The notes below the pieces were generated by a model. The model was not told the DNA's origin. It saw only the letters and a list, made by a program, of their open reading frames with translations, and did no database searches. This document shows, piece by piece, positions 25,770 to 46,249 of a stretch of 64,000 nucleotides of DNA. This DNA is from the human T2T-CHM13v2.0 reference genome, Homo sapiens: NCBI RefSeq assembly GCF_009914755.1, contig NC_060946.1. One strand, given 5' to 3'. A program made the translations under genes and the position numbers. Within the stretch, counting starts at the first letter, position 1. Each line of letters starts with the position of its first letter.

Positions 25770-26220
25770 TTACATTTATAGAGCCTACCTAAGCACCTTA
25801 CAAACCTGTATTTTTCAATCCCCACGGCCACCTGGGAGCTACTGTAAACCCTGTAATAATTCCCATTTAGCAGACGAGGAAACTGAGGCCCAGGGAGATC
25901 AGATAGAGAATTCTACCCAGGTTTGTGAAGAAATCTGAAACTATTCAGTCCAGCTTTTATCCCGGACTTGGACAGGGACACACTGTCTTCCCTGGGTATA
26001 GCCAGACACAGTCATGAGCCCTCGTGGCAGCCTGTGGCTCAAGAAGTATTTCCCCAGGCTGAGCGCTGAGGGCATCCTCTGGCTTACACAAAGTCCATGC
26101 TGGCTGGGTGTGGTGGCTCACGTCTATAATCCCAGCACTTTGGGAGGCAGAAGCGGGTGGATCACAAGGTCAGGAGTTCGAGACCAGCCTGGCCAATATG
26201 GTGAAATCCCATCTCTACTA

Positions 26221-26562
<342 letters not shown>

Positions 26563-26601
26563 TCACCACCTCAGCGCCTCGCGCCCCAAAGAAAAAATTC
26601 A

Positions 26602-26949
<348 letters not shown>

Positions 26950-27860
26950 TCACCACTACTCCCACATCCCCTGGCACCTGAGCCAGGGGTTGCCCGGCCC
27001 ACAGCAGCAGAGAATGGGTGCCCAGGGACAGGCCGGGACCCAAGTGGTGTGAGGGCCAGGAGCTGTGCTGATTCTGAGCTGTTTCCCTCTCTGGCCCGGA
27101 GCAGGCACTCAATAGATGTTTATTGATTAGTGATAACACGGATTAATGATAACACTGTCAACAAATAAAAGATATACCCTTTTCAGACTCTGAAGTCAGG
27201 AAACTCATTTAAACAGGATCTGTACCGAAATTCAGGAAGGTCAAGGAGCCTTTAAAAACAAAATCACAGGGGTTATTTAAGGGCCCTGAGTCAGTATTTG
27301 ATATTCTTGGAGAGTCTGCTGAAGGGGCAAGTTGGGGACGACAGAGTTGAAAGAGAAATAGATTCCTTCTGAGCCTCTGAGAAAGCCACGGTCTCCCCGC
27401 CACACGCCTGTCCTCACCAACCCCCAGAGAAGCAGGGAAGGGGTACGGAGGAAGGGCTGGCCCCTGCTCAGAGCCAGAGTCACAAAACATGGCAAGTGGC
27501 CCCAGCCTCTTGCACTGTGGTCCCTGTGCCCCCAGCCTACCCCCACCCCACAGCACCACCCTAGAGAGGGTGCCCGGAGCCCCCGAAGGGTTGCTGTGGA
27601 TTCCAGGATGGCTAGAATAAAGGGAATCTTTTTTGACTTTTTATTATGGAAAACCTCCATCACACTCAGAAGGAGAGAGAAAGCGTTAAGGGACCCCCAT
27701 TGCCCCACTTCACCAGTTAACGGCACGTGGCCAGTCTCGTTTAGTCTGAACCTCCACCCCCCTCAGCACTGGCATGTTCTGAACCAATTCCCAGACATCA
27801 TATTATTTCATCCAAAGCATTTCTGTAAGATTCTCTAACGGTTCAAGACTCCATGTTTAA

Positions 27861-28160
<300 letters not shown>

Positions 28161-28353
28161 TGATCCTGCCGCCTCAGCCTCCCAAAGTGCTGCAGTTACA
28201 GGTGTGAGCCACCGTGCTTGGCAACGGCAGGAATACTTCTATAGGGACAAGCTTCCCTTCATCAACAATCTAGGTGCCTCAAGAACAGTTCATACACAAA
28301 ACACAGAATCAGTGCTTGATTCTTTCCCTTTATTTATCAGTTTTTCAAAATAA

Positions 28354-28653
<300 letters not shown>

Positions 28654-29114
28654 TGATCTGCCCGACTTGGCTTCCCACAGTGCTAGGATTGCAGGCGTGA
28701 GCCACCATGCCGGCCTATAATCCAGCACTTTGGAAGGCTGAGAATTGGGGCAGGGCTCAGCTGAGCAATTCTACTTCTCCTTGTGGCACTGACTGAGGTC
28801 ATTCAGAAGTGTAGAGCCAGCCGATGGGATGAGCTGGGGGTCCCAGAAGGCTTTCTTCATGTCTAACACCTTGGCAGGCCTAGCTGGAGGCTGGAAGGTG
28901 GGCACAGCTGCACTGCCATGTACAACACCTACCTGTGGCCGCTGTGGCACGAGGGCTTCAGGATGGCACCTTCTCACAGGACAGCTCAGGGCACCCACAT
29001 GTTTCCAACAGAGGAATTGGCCTGGGCCCAGGCATGTATGATTTTTACTGTATTCCACTGGTCAATGTGGTCAAAGAGTCTTTCACGAGGAAAGGACAAA
29101 GACCTCAACTTTAG

Positions 29115-29342
<228 letters not shown>

Positions 29343-30336
29343 TAGTAGAGATGAGGTTTCACTGTGTTAGCCTGGATAGTCTCGATCTCCTGACCTTGTG
29401 ATCCGCCCATCTCGGCCTCCCAAAGTGCTGGGATTACAGGCGTGAGCCACCGCGCCTGGCCACCATCTTTATTTTCTCTCTTTCTTTCTTTCTTTTAGAG
29501 ACAAGGTCTCACTCTGTTGCCCAGGCTGGAGTGCAGTAGCACAATCAAGGCTCACTGTAGTCTTGACCTCCTGGGCTCAAGCAAGCCTCCCACCTCAGCC
29601 TCTCAAGTAGCTGGGGCTACAGGCACGAACCACTATGCCTGGATAATTTTTGTATTTGTTTGTAGAGATGAGGTTTCACCATTTGCACAGGCTGGTGTCA
29701 AACTCCTGGGCTCAAGAGATCTGTCTGCCTCCACCTCCCAAAAGGCTGGGATTACAGGCATGAGTCACTGCACCCAGGCACCCCACCACCCAGCTAATTT
29801 TTTTGAGACAGGGTCTCAGTATACTGCCCAGGCTGGTCTCAAACTCCTCGCAAGGTGCTGGGATTACAGGCATGAGCCACTGTGCCCAAGAGTTCTATGC
29901 CCTGGCCTGTGGCCATCTTTAATCTGCCACAAATTGGGTATGTGGCTTTTGGGGTATTTTTCTGTTTGCAGTTGTATGAACTTATAAATTCAAATACATA
30001 TGATAAGTTTCAATTCATTGCAATTATTCTTTTTTTTTTTTTGAGACAGTCTTGCTGTGTCGCCCAGGCTGGAGTGCAGTGGTGCGATCTTAGCTAACTG
30101 CAACCTCCGCCTCCTGGGTTCAAGCAATTCTCCCTGCCTCAGCCTCTCAAGTAGCTGGGATTACAGGCGCCTGCCACTAAGCCCAGCTAATTTTTGTATT
30201 TTTAGTAGAGACAGGGTTTCACCATGTTGGCCATGGTTGGCCAGGCTGGTCTCAAACTCCTGACCTCAGGTGATCCACCTGCCTGGGCATCCCAAGGTGC
30301 TGAGATTATAGGTGTGAGCCACTGCGCCCGGTCTAT

Positions 30337-30382
<46 letters not shown>

Positions 30383-30712
30383 GAGGTACAGTCTCACTCT
30401 GTCACCCAGGCTGGAGTGCAGTGGTGTGATTTCAGCTCACTGCAACCTCTGCCTCCCAGGTTGAGGCCATTTGCCTGCCTCAGCCTCCCGGGCAGCTAGG
30501 ATTACAGGTGCGCACCACCACACCCAGATAATTTTTGTATTTTTGTAGTGATGGGGTTTCACCAAGTTGGCTAGGCTGGTCTCCAACTCCTGACCTCAGG
30601 TGATGCACCCGCCTTGGCCTCCCAAAGTGCTGGGATTACAGGCATGAGCCGCTGTGCCCAGCCCATCATAATTATTTTAACGGCTGCACCATAATCCACT
30701 CAAAGTACTTAA

Positions 30713-31488
<776 letters not shown>

Positions 31489-32013
31489 TTAGCCAAGACT
31501 ATTACACTGTTTAGCCTTTTTCTTCATTTCATTCCATTTTTTGCTGTTGTTGAGAATAGCTCCGAAGGCTGGGTACAGTGGCTCACGCCTGTAATCCCAA
31601 CACTTTGGGAGGCTGAAGTGGGAAGATCACTTGAGTCCAGGAGTTTGAGACCAGCCTGGGCAACATGGGAAGACTCTGCCTCTGAAATAAATAAATAAAT
31701 AAATAAACAGCAGCTTTATGACCAAAAAAGAAAAAAAGAATAACTCCAAACTGCTTCTTATTCATGGCCGGACATGGTGGCTCATGCCTGTAATCCCAGC
31801 ACTTTGGGAGGCCGAGATGGGAAGGTCCCTTGAGGCCAGGAATTCAAGACCAGCCTAGGCAACATAGCAAGACCCTGTCTCTACAAAAAAAGAAAAAAAT
31901 GTGGCCAGGCGCTTGGCTTAGACCTGTAATCCCAGCACTTTGGGAGGCCGAGGCGGGTGGATCACAAAGTTCAAGACCAGCCCGGCCAACATGGTGAAAC
32001 CCCGTCTCTACTA

Positions 32014-32199
<186 letters not shown>

Positions 32200-32480
32200 T
32201 CACTGGAAGGGGAGGGCTGAGGCTCTTGTTTCTCACCCAAACTCCCCACAGGGTTGCTGTGCTGAAACACCCCGGACTTCATACCCCAGGGTGAACACAG
32301 TGATGTGGGAACACACCACAACACATACTCTCACAAAAAACCTTAAGGAAAAATGTGTGCGGGGAGATGGCACAATGACAGGAGACAGTGGCTCTGAGGC
32401 CACTCTCTGGGAGGCACTGGAATTAGTAAAACCGATACGTAAGCCTCAGAGAAACAACCCAGCCCTGCTGTGTATGCTTA

Positions 32481-32936
<456 letters not shown>

Positions 32937-33177
32937 TCAAATCACCACCCGGGAATGTTCAACTGCAAGTGTGCCAGGAGCCACAAAGGAGGGGCACATG
33001 GGGCTCTGAGAGCCGCAGACAGGGCAGCTGGGGAGGGCCACCCTGAGAAGGGGACCCTCGGGCCGACTTCCGATGGGTGAGTGGGGATCAGCATGCCTGT
33101 CCCACATCCCTCCAGGCACTGCCTGTCTCCCTACTTCAAGTCACCCTCTGTAACTGCAGAGTGACCGTAAGTGTTTA

Positions 33178-33545
<368 letters not shown>

Positions 33546-33571
33546 TCAGGAGATTGAGACCATCCTGGCTA

Positions 33572-33781
<210 letters not shown>

Positions 33782-33921
33782 TCAAATAAAATAAAAATAA
33801 AATAATTTTTTAACAAGTGTTTATCTGGGCCAGGCATGGTGGCTCACGCCTGTAATCCCAGCACTTTGGGAGGCCGAGGCAGGTGGATCACGAGGTCAGG
33901 AGATCGAGACCATCCTGGCTA

Positions 33922-34147
<226 letters not shown>

Positions 34148-34807
34148 TTAATAACCTCCATGACTCCCCAGGGCACTTAAACACACAGACCCCTGGCCCT
34201 CACCTGCTTCCCCAGGTACACCTCACACCACCTTCTCCTTTACCCTCTGTTCTGCCACGCTGGGCTTCTCTGCCCACTCTCTCTCCTGCCACAGGCCTCG
34301 CACACACTGGGCCCCTCCGCCTGCAGCATGCTGCCCTCGATCTCTGCCTGGCTAAGCCGCCTCCCACTCATCTGCCAGCATAAATGAATGTCGCTTGCTC
34401 CACAAAGCCTCCCTGACCCTCCAAACAAGGTGCTGCACCCCTCGGCAACCCTGGAGCTCTGTATCAAGCATCTGCTGTCCCTGCTGGGGGCCAGGGAGCT
34501 GGCTTGCTTTCTTCTTCACTGCCATGTGCCCAGGGCCCAGCTCCATGCCTGGCACGTGAGGGATGCTCAGTTCAGATGGAGAAACTGGCTGCTGTCCCAG
34601 GCCTGTCAGCGCCACTGTGGGACTCGGAGCTATCATAGTTACAGGAGGACTCTGGACCTCGGTTTGCTCTGAAAAGTCTCGTTTTCAAACTGCTCAGGCA
34701 GCCCAAGATTCAAGGCTCCCACCCCGGCTCCAACCAGGAAGGCTACAGGAGGCTGCCTCCCCACCCTGGCAACCCCCACACCACAGGCATCTGGCCTGTA
34801 CAATTCA

Positions 34808-34966
<159 letters not shown>

Positions 34967-35190
34967 TTAGCTGGGCGTGGTGGCATGCACCAATAGTCCC
35001 AGCTACTTGGGAAGCTGAGGCAGGAGGATCACTTGAATCTGGGAGGTCAAGCTGCTGTGAGCCAGGATGACGCCACTGCACTCCAACCTGGGGGACAGAG
35101 TGAGACCCTGTCTTAAAAAAAAAAGCACTCAAGAGACATTCACTATTATCATCATCATCCCCACTGCACCAATGAGGAAGCTGAGGCTCA

Positions 35191-35394
<204 letters not shown>

Positions 35395-35820
35395 TCAGGA
35401 GGCTGAGGCAGGAGAATTGCTTGAACCCGAGAGGCGGAGGTCACAGTGAGCCAAGATCGCACCATTGCACTCTAGCCTGGGCGACACAGCAAGACTCTGT
35501 CAGAAAAGAAAAGGAAGGAAAAAAAAAAGAGAAGAGAAGAGAAGAAAAGGAAACAGACTCAAGGGAGTCCGGGTGCCCTGATTCAAAGCCGGGATGATAC
35601 TACTCTAAAGTGCCGCCTCTCTCCACACAGCCCATCACTTCCCTCTGTGAACCTGGCCTTTGGCAGGATGATGACAACACCCAGGTCACAGGGTCAATGA
35701 GCAATAAACAGAACCGCTCTCTGCAAGCTACAAGGTGCTGTATAAAGGACTGCTGTTAGGTGATCCGATATGGTGCACGTGGAACCTCAGCAGTCACACC
35801 AAGATGACAATAAAAGCACA

Positions 35821-36650
35821 GGAGCCGCACCCCAGAGCGTGAGCCCATCCCACACCCCTCACACCCACAGACACGGGGACCACGGGAGCCGCACCCCAGA
35901 GCGTGAGCCCATCCCACACCCCTCACACCCACAGACACGGGGACCACGGGAGCCGCACCCCAGAGCGTGAGCCCATCCCACACCCCTCACACCCACAGAC
36001 ACGGGGACCACGGGAGCCGCACCCCAGAGCGTGAGCCCATCCCACACCCCTCACACCCACAGACACGGGGACCACGGGAGCCGCACCCCAGAGCGTGAGC
36101 CCATCCCACACCCCTCACACCCACAGACACGGGGACCACGGGAGCCGCACCCCAGAGCGTGAGCCCATCCCACACCCCTCACACCCACAGACACGGGGAC
36201 CACGGGAGCCGCACCCCAGAGCGTGAGCCCATCCCACACCCCTCACACCCGCAGACATGGGGACCACGGGAGCCGCACCCCAGAGCGTGAGCCCATCCCA
36301 CACCCCTCACACCCGCAGACAAGGGGACCACGGGAGCCACACCCCAGAGCGTGAGTCCATCCCACACCCCTCACACCCGCAGACACGGGGACCACGGGAG
36401 CCGCACCCCAGAGCGTGAGCCCATCCTACACCCCTCACACCCACAGACACGGGGACCACGGGAGCCGCACCCCAGAGCGTGAGCCCATCCCACACCCCTC
36501 ACATCTGCAGACACGGGGGCCACAGGAGCCACACCCCAGGTGTGAGCCCATCCCACACCCCTCACACCCGAAGACATGGGGACCACGGGAGCTGCATCCC
36601 AGAGCGTGAGCCGATTCCACACCCCTCACACCCGCAGACACGGGGCCACG
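35821..36650. repeat. 64-bp minisatellite (VNTR), 13 copies, TTLL1 intron 2
   Basis: Unit GGAGCCGCACCCCAGAGCGTGAGCCCATCCCACACCCCTCACACCCACAGACACGGGGACCACG starts at 35821, 35885 ... 36525, 36588. The ORF track shows the same 64-nt period. Confidence 0.97.
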
Positions 36651-37101
36651 CCAATGGCTCAGGGGACTTTTCATTTTCACTATGTGATTTCAGCCTCCAC
36701 AGCTGTGATTTCCTGATGAATCCTGCTTGCGGCCTGGGGACCACCCCCCAACCACCACCGTCCAGGCTGCATGGTTCACATGTTGTACTTAAAGCAAGCA
36801 TCTTAGTGGGTGACCTCACACCAGCCACTGACATCTACCTGGAGGTGACAGAAGAGTAGTGACTGGAGACCAGGAAGGCTGTGCGCGATTCTCACACAGT
36901 GCTTCCCCAGGCCTCAACGCTTTCAGGTGTGAGACCCCAAACCTACCGAGGCAGACGGGCCAAACATCCTCATCCACATTTCACTAAGCAACTGGGGCAG
37001 GTGCTTTAGCCAGACCATCAGGTGTCCCTCCCAGGCCCCGCGCCCTCTCTCCCACCGTGTGGGCAAATGGTCCCTAAGGGGCCGTCTCAGGCTGTACCTA
37101 C

Positions 37102-37186
37102 CATAGGCACTGACAGAGCACCACTGGCAACGCCCACGCTCACCTCGGTCTCGCTGACGTCACTGACGCCGGCCCCTCCTTCTTCC
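37102..37186 (-). other. TTLL1: TTLL1 non-coding exon 2 (5'UTR, 85 nt)
   Basis: Non-repeat, CpG-retaining segment bounded by ttttag|GGAAG and CCTATG|gtaggt. Lies between exon 1 and the first coding exon. Size agrees with my recollection of the transcript structure. Confidence 0.8.
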
Positions 37187-37273
37187 CTAAAAGTTAACAC
37201 ACAGATGAAATGTACATCAAACACATTAAGAAGACACTCTTTAACCATTTTTTGTTTGTTTTTGTTTTTTTGA

Positions 37274-37369
<96 letters not shown>

Positions 37370-38099
37370 TGAGCCTCCTAAGTAGCTGCAACTACAGGCG
37401 AGTGCCACCACACCCGGTTAATTTTTGTATTTTTTGTAGAGACAGGGTTTCCCCATGTTGGCCAGGCTGGTCTCAAACTCCCAGGCTCTAGCGATCTGCC
37501 CACCTCAGCCTCCCAAAGTGCTGGATTTATAGGCGTGAGCCACCGCGCCTGGCCTCTTTAACCATTTTAAGAATACTATGACAAAACCGTAACTAGCCAG
37601 AATATTCAGTGGCTGGCATCTTGTTTAACAAATGTACACCAAAAGATGCTCTTAAGAGTCTTCCCATTACAGTAAGAATTTCTGAACTGTATTACTTACT
37701 GGCTCCAGCTGGCCTTCTCAAGCTGCCATACCACCCCTCATGTCACACACCCCTCACTCCAGCTGAGCTCAGCCCCTTCCCACACCTGCCCGACCCTTTC
37801 CTCCCACCTGCAAGCCTGTGTGCACCCTGTGCCCCACCTGGAACGGCCCCTCTGCACTGCCTCTTCTCCAACTCCTACCAATCATTCAAGGTACAGTTCA
37901 AAGGTCACTCCCTCCACAGAGAGCCATTCTCAGCCTTAGCTGGATGGAGCTAAGGTGCCCTCCCCAGACCCTCTGTCTCCTCTCCTGCCATCCTTGCTGG
38001 CACTCAGAACTGCCTACCTTGCATTTCAGCCCTTTAAGTACATTCCTTCTATAAACACAGGAGGGTGGGACTCTGAGTCACCTGTTCCCAGTGTTGCAT

Positions 38100-38146
<47 letters not shown>

Positions 38147-38986
38147 CAAAGTCTCGCTCTGTCACCCAGGCTGGAGTGCAATGGCACATCTTGGCTCACT
38201 ACAACCTCTGCCTCCTGGGCTCAAGCGATTCTTCTGCCTCAGCCTCTGGAGTAGCTGGGATTACAGGAGCCCATCACCACGCCTGGTTAATTTTTGTATT
38301 TTTAGTAGAGACAGGGTTTCACCATGTTGGCCAGGCTGGTCTCAAACTCCCGACCTCAGGTGATCCGTCTGCCTCGGCCTCTCAAAGTGCTGGGATGACA
38401 AGCGTTAGCCACCGCGCCCGGCTGCACAGAATCTTTCCAGGCTGTGATGTGGGCATGCGCATCAAAGCCCCCCATCCATCCTGCCTGACCTGAACATCTC
38501 CAGCACAAGCCCAGGCACAGGCAAGGCCCTCAGTAAATATTCAGTGCATGACGGAGGGAGTGGGTAAACCCTCCAGGTGAGTCCCTTGAACCTGACTCTG
38601 CTTTTGACAGTCGCTCCCATAGAGATGTGTTACGGGTTAAGTTGTGTCCCCACAAACTTATGGGGAAGTCCTAACTTGTCTGAAACAAGTACATGCAGCA
38701 GAAAGAGCTTTGCTCCAAAGATCCCCACACACCCCTTCCATTTTTTTTTAATGTATTTTATTTTTTTATTTTTTTGAGACAGAGTCTCGCTCAGTTGCCC
38801 AGGCTGGAGTGCAGTGGCGCGATCTCAGCTCACTGCAACCTCCGCCTCCTGGGTTCAAGCATTCTCTGCCTCAGCCTCCCAAGTAGCTGGGACTACAGGC
38901 GCCTGCCACCACGCCCAGCTAATTTTTGTATTTTTACTAGAGATGGGGGTTTCACCATGTTGGCCAGGTTGGTCTTGAACTCCTGA

Positions 38987-39389
<403 letters not shown>

Positions 39390-39582
39390 TAATTGATTAC
39401 GTCACATTAATAATATCTACAAAGGCTCCAGAGCTGGTAATTTCTGGGCTTGATATCATCACCAATAGCTTGAGTTCTTCCCATTTTCCATTTTGCCATC
39501 CTCAGAAAATTGGCTCTGTCCTCAGTCAAGCCCAGTCAAGACAGCTACATTTCCAGGAGAGGAAAAGCCTGTTTCTTTTTCA

Positions 39583-40272
<690 letters not shown>

Positions 40273-40467
40273 TTAAAAATACATATATAGGCTGGGCGCA
40301 GCGGCTCACGCCTGTAATCCTAGCACTCTGGGAGGCCGAGGCAGGCAGATCACGAGGTCAGGAGATCAAGACCATCCTGGCTAACATGGTGAAAACTCTT
40401 CTCTACTAAAAAAAATACAAAAAATTAGCTAGGCATGGTGGCGGGCGCCTGTAGTCCCAGCTACTCA

Positions 40468-40605
<138 letters not shown>

Positions 40606-41277
40606 TCACTGGCCAAAATTGTATCACCCACCAATTCCTAAAACAAACATAGGCTGGCCAAGTGGCGTGGCTTACACCTGTAATCCCAGCATTTTGGAAG
40701 GCCGAGATGGGCGGGTCACCTGAGGTCACGAGTTCGAGGCCAGCCGGACCAACAGAAACCCCGTCTCTACTAAAAATACAAAATTAGCTGGGTGTGGTGG
40801 CGCTTGCCTGTAATGCCAGCTACTCGGGAGGCTGAGGCATGAGAACTGCTTGAACTCAGGAGGCGGAGACAGCGGTGAGCCAAGATCGCACCATTGCACT
40901 GCAGCCTGGGCAACAAGAGCAAACTCCATCTCAGAAACAACAACCACAACCACAACAATAAAAACCCACTGGCAAGGGAATGAGCATATCAAACTGGCTT
41001 AGGCTAATTAGGATTTATTCCTGAGTTGGGGATATGATCACCTTCCCTGAGCAAAATTCTTGATTTAATTAATCAAGAAAAAAAATGAAAAAAGGATATG
41101 TGTCAGCTACAAGTGTCTTAACAGATCAGCTGAGCCAACTGAGATTTAACAAGTTGAGACTCTCAAAGCAGTTTGGTTAATTTCCTTGACATTATTTACT
41201 AATGCTTACCAAATTGCTACTCTGTGTCATACTTTCTACTAACCATTTTACCTAACAATATCATGGCATTAAAATAA

Positions 41278-41911
<634 letters not shown>

Positions 41912-42074
41912 TAGCCAGGATGGTCTCGATCTCCTGACCTTGTTATCTGCCCGCCTCAGCCTCCCAAAGTGCTGGGATTACAGGCGTGAGCCACTGTGCC
42001 CAGCCTTTTTTCTAGGTTTCAACCACAAGCTTCCAATCTCTTATCATCAGGTGGTTAGGTTGGAGTAATTCTAG

Positions 42075-42452
<378 letters not shown>

Positions 42453-42580
42453 TGAGCCACCGCGCCTGGCAAAGCTACCACTTATTAAGCTCTAGCATGT
42501 GTCAGGTACTGGGTGGGGTAGTTTATGAATATTCTTCTCCACTGTGTATATTATCGTCTCATGTGATGCCCAAAGGCAGA

Positions 42581-42906
42581 TGATATGATTTGTCTGTATC
42601 CCAATCTCAACTTGACTTGTAATAATCCCCACGAGTCAAGGGCAGGGCAAGGTGGAGATAAACGAATCATGGGAGTGGTTCCCCCGTACTGTTCTCGTGG
42701 TAGTGAATAAATCTTGTGAGATCTGATGGTTTTATAAATGCGAGTTCCCCTGCACAAGCTCTCTTGCCTGCCACCATGTATAATGTGCCTTTGCTCTTCC
42801 TTCATCTTCCGCCATGATTGTGACTGAGTCAATTAAACCTCTTCCTTTTATAAATTACCCAGTTTTGGGTATGTCTTTATTAGCAGCATGAGAACAGACT
42901 AATACA
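42581..42906 (+). mobile_element. THE1-type MaLR solo LTR
   Basis: TGATATG...GAGAACAGACTAATACA termini. 5-bp TSD GCAGA/GCAGG. Small internal deletion near 42822. Inserted in a MIR-like stretch. Confidence 0.9.
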
Positions 42907-44612
42907 GCAGGAATTCTCCGCATTTTACAGATGAGGAAAATGGGGGCCAGAGAATAAAAAGAAGAGGAGAGTGTGCAGCCTGTGGACAGCCTACACGCTT
43001 CCCTCCCACACCAGATGGCAACTGTTATTTCACATGTGCCTCCCACATTAGATAGCAACCTCCTGCGGGGCAGCAGAGTGGGCTGGCTCAGGAGCGGGCT
43101 GGCTCAGGAGTGGGCTGACTCGTGTCTGTTCTCATGTTGGGCACGCAGCCAGCCAGGCCTAGCGTGGGGCTCCAAAATCGTGTGTAGACAAGTGATCCAC
43201 CGGGCCACGCCCCACAGTGTGGAAGAATGGGTGATTCCTTCCCAACCCTAAGCAATACTAAGCCGTTTTCCTTAGAAAAGTAAATAAATACCTGATATCA
43301 GATTGTTTTATTGTTGCTTCCTCCTAAAAACAGAAAACGGAAGTGGGGTTAAGGGTACTGAGTAACGTGTTATTATCTCTCCTGGTTCACGTGAATTGAT
43401 GCATCTGAATCTTACGTCACTTTCTAAACTGAGCATCATAAAAACCTAACCAGGAAAAACAGTGACATATTGACCTTTTATGTTGAATGCAGCTCACAAT
43501 TGGAGTTGGGGCTGTCACCACCTGAAGTGTGTCAACCACAGAAAGCCATCCTGAAACCAGAGAGCTGCTGGTTATTTTCAGAAGACAACCTGGGTCTCGC
43601 TCCTGGGGCAACTGGGTAGGATCGTCATGAGCTCAAAGAGAAGGTTTCCCATGAACACCCTGGATATCAGGGCCACTGGTGGTCTAACTTCTCATCCACC
43701 CACACAGCCCTGACAGCCACTCAGTGCCAGGCCTGTAACAGACAGACATTAAACTGAGAGCCCAGATGGGGGCGAGGAGCACAGGAGACACATTTAACAA
43801 GCTGTAAGCCCTGCCTGCAGCAAAGGGCTTCAACAACACATCACAGTTCAACTGTGGCCGGGGAAGGAAGGGATGGTTAATTTGATCCAGCAGCAAATCA
43901 GGTCAGCTCCACTCCAGAAGATTCCAAATCCATCCTCCACTCCCATAATGTCCCCTCTCTCCTGGGCAACTGCAGCAGGCCCCACTCTGTCCCCTGCTAC
44001 TCTTCTCACTCCACTACAACCCATTTCCCACCCAGCAGCGGACCAATGTGTGACACACACAACACTAACCATGTCACCCTGCTCACTACCCCACAGTAGC
44101 TTCATACTGCATTCAGAATGAAGCTAGTGGTCCTCCATGGCCTACGAGGCCAGCCCTGCAGATCTGGACCATCACCTCTTAGGCCTTGTCTCTCACCAAC
44201 CCTCTTTAGCCCCTGGCCTTCTTTCAGCTCCTGACACCCCACAGGCTGCATTTTGTCTTAAGCCTTTGCTCGTCCTCCAGATCTGTCCCTTCTCAAAAGT
44301 CAACTGCTCAGAGTGGCTTTCCCCAACCACTCAATCTCAATCCTCCTGACTCCACCACATTGTCACTTTATTTTCTCCATGGCACTTGGGTTGTAAGCAA
44401 TCATTTAGTCCAGTGCTACTCAAAGCATGGTCCACATGTGAGCAGCACCTGGAGCTTGTTAGAAATACAGATTCTTTGGGAGGCCAAGACAGGTGGATCA
44501 CCTGAGGTCGGGAGTTCGAGACCAGCCTGGCTAACATGGTGAAACCCCGTCTCTACTAAAAATACAAAATTAGCTGCGCGTGGTGGTGCACATCTGTAAT
44601 CCCAGCTACTCA

Positions 44613-44810
<198 letters not shown>

Positions 44811-44831
44811 TCACCTGAGGTCAGGAATTCA

Positions 44832-45186
<355 letters not shown>

Positions 45187-45476
45187 TTAAAAAATTAGCG
45201 GGGCATGGTGGCGCGTGCCTGTAATCACAGCTACATGGGAGGCTGAGGCAGGAGAATCGCTTGAACCCAGGAGGCAGAGGTTGCAGTGAGCCGAGAGCGA
45301 CCGCACTCCAGCCTGGGCAACAAAGCAAGACTCCGTCTAAAAATAAATAAATAAATAAATAAAGTAATAACAATGTCAGTGATGACTTCATGTTGAGCAG
45401 GGCATTCGTTCACAGCGGTATTGTCACTGTCCATCTCCACGCCCGCACTGGGTGACAGTACCATGCTCCACAGTGA

Positions 45477-45838
<362 letters not shown>

Positions 45839-46249
45839 GGGGCCCATCTTTTTGTACCGCCACAACCCGGCACCATAATGTGCTCATCAAACGTTTCCTG
45901 AGCAAAGAACCTGCTTTGCAAATGCCAAAAGGGCTAACAATGATAAGATACTTTCACTTCCAGAATTAATCTCCTCTAATGCCCCAGCTACTCTATGGAA
46001 AAGGATGACTACCCCGCCCTGCCCTCTTAGCTGATAGGGAATCAGAGAGGGGAAATGTCTTGGTCCAGTCATCTAGAGGGAAGACACAAGGCTCTTGTCT
46101 CCTGCCCTGAGTTCTCTCCACAGGTACATTGCGCCCTGCAAAAGATGCCAACAGAAACAACACAGATTGCAAACGAATGGGAAACGTGTAGGAACAATGA
46201 AAGTCTGGGATAACAAATAATAAACATAATGATGCAATTGCAACAGTCG

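Noticed and set aside
35756-36680. Series of near-identical 62-aa ORFs
   Set aside because: Artefact of the 64-bp VNTR (period not divisible by 3, non-ATG starts). It is also not a CRISPR array, since there are no unique spacers.
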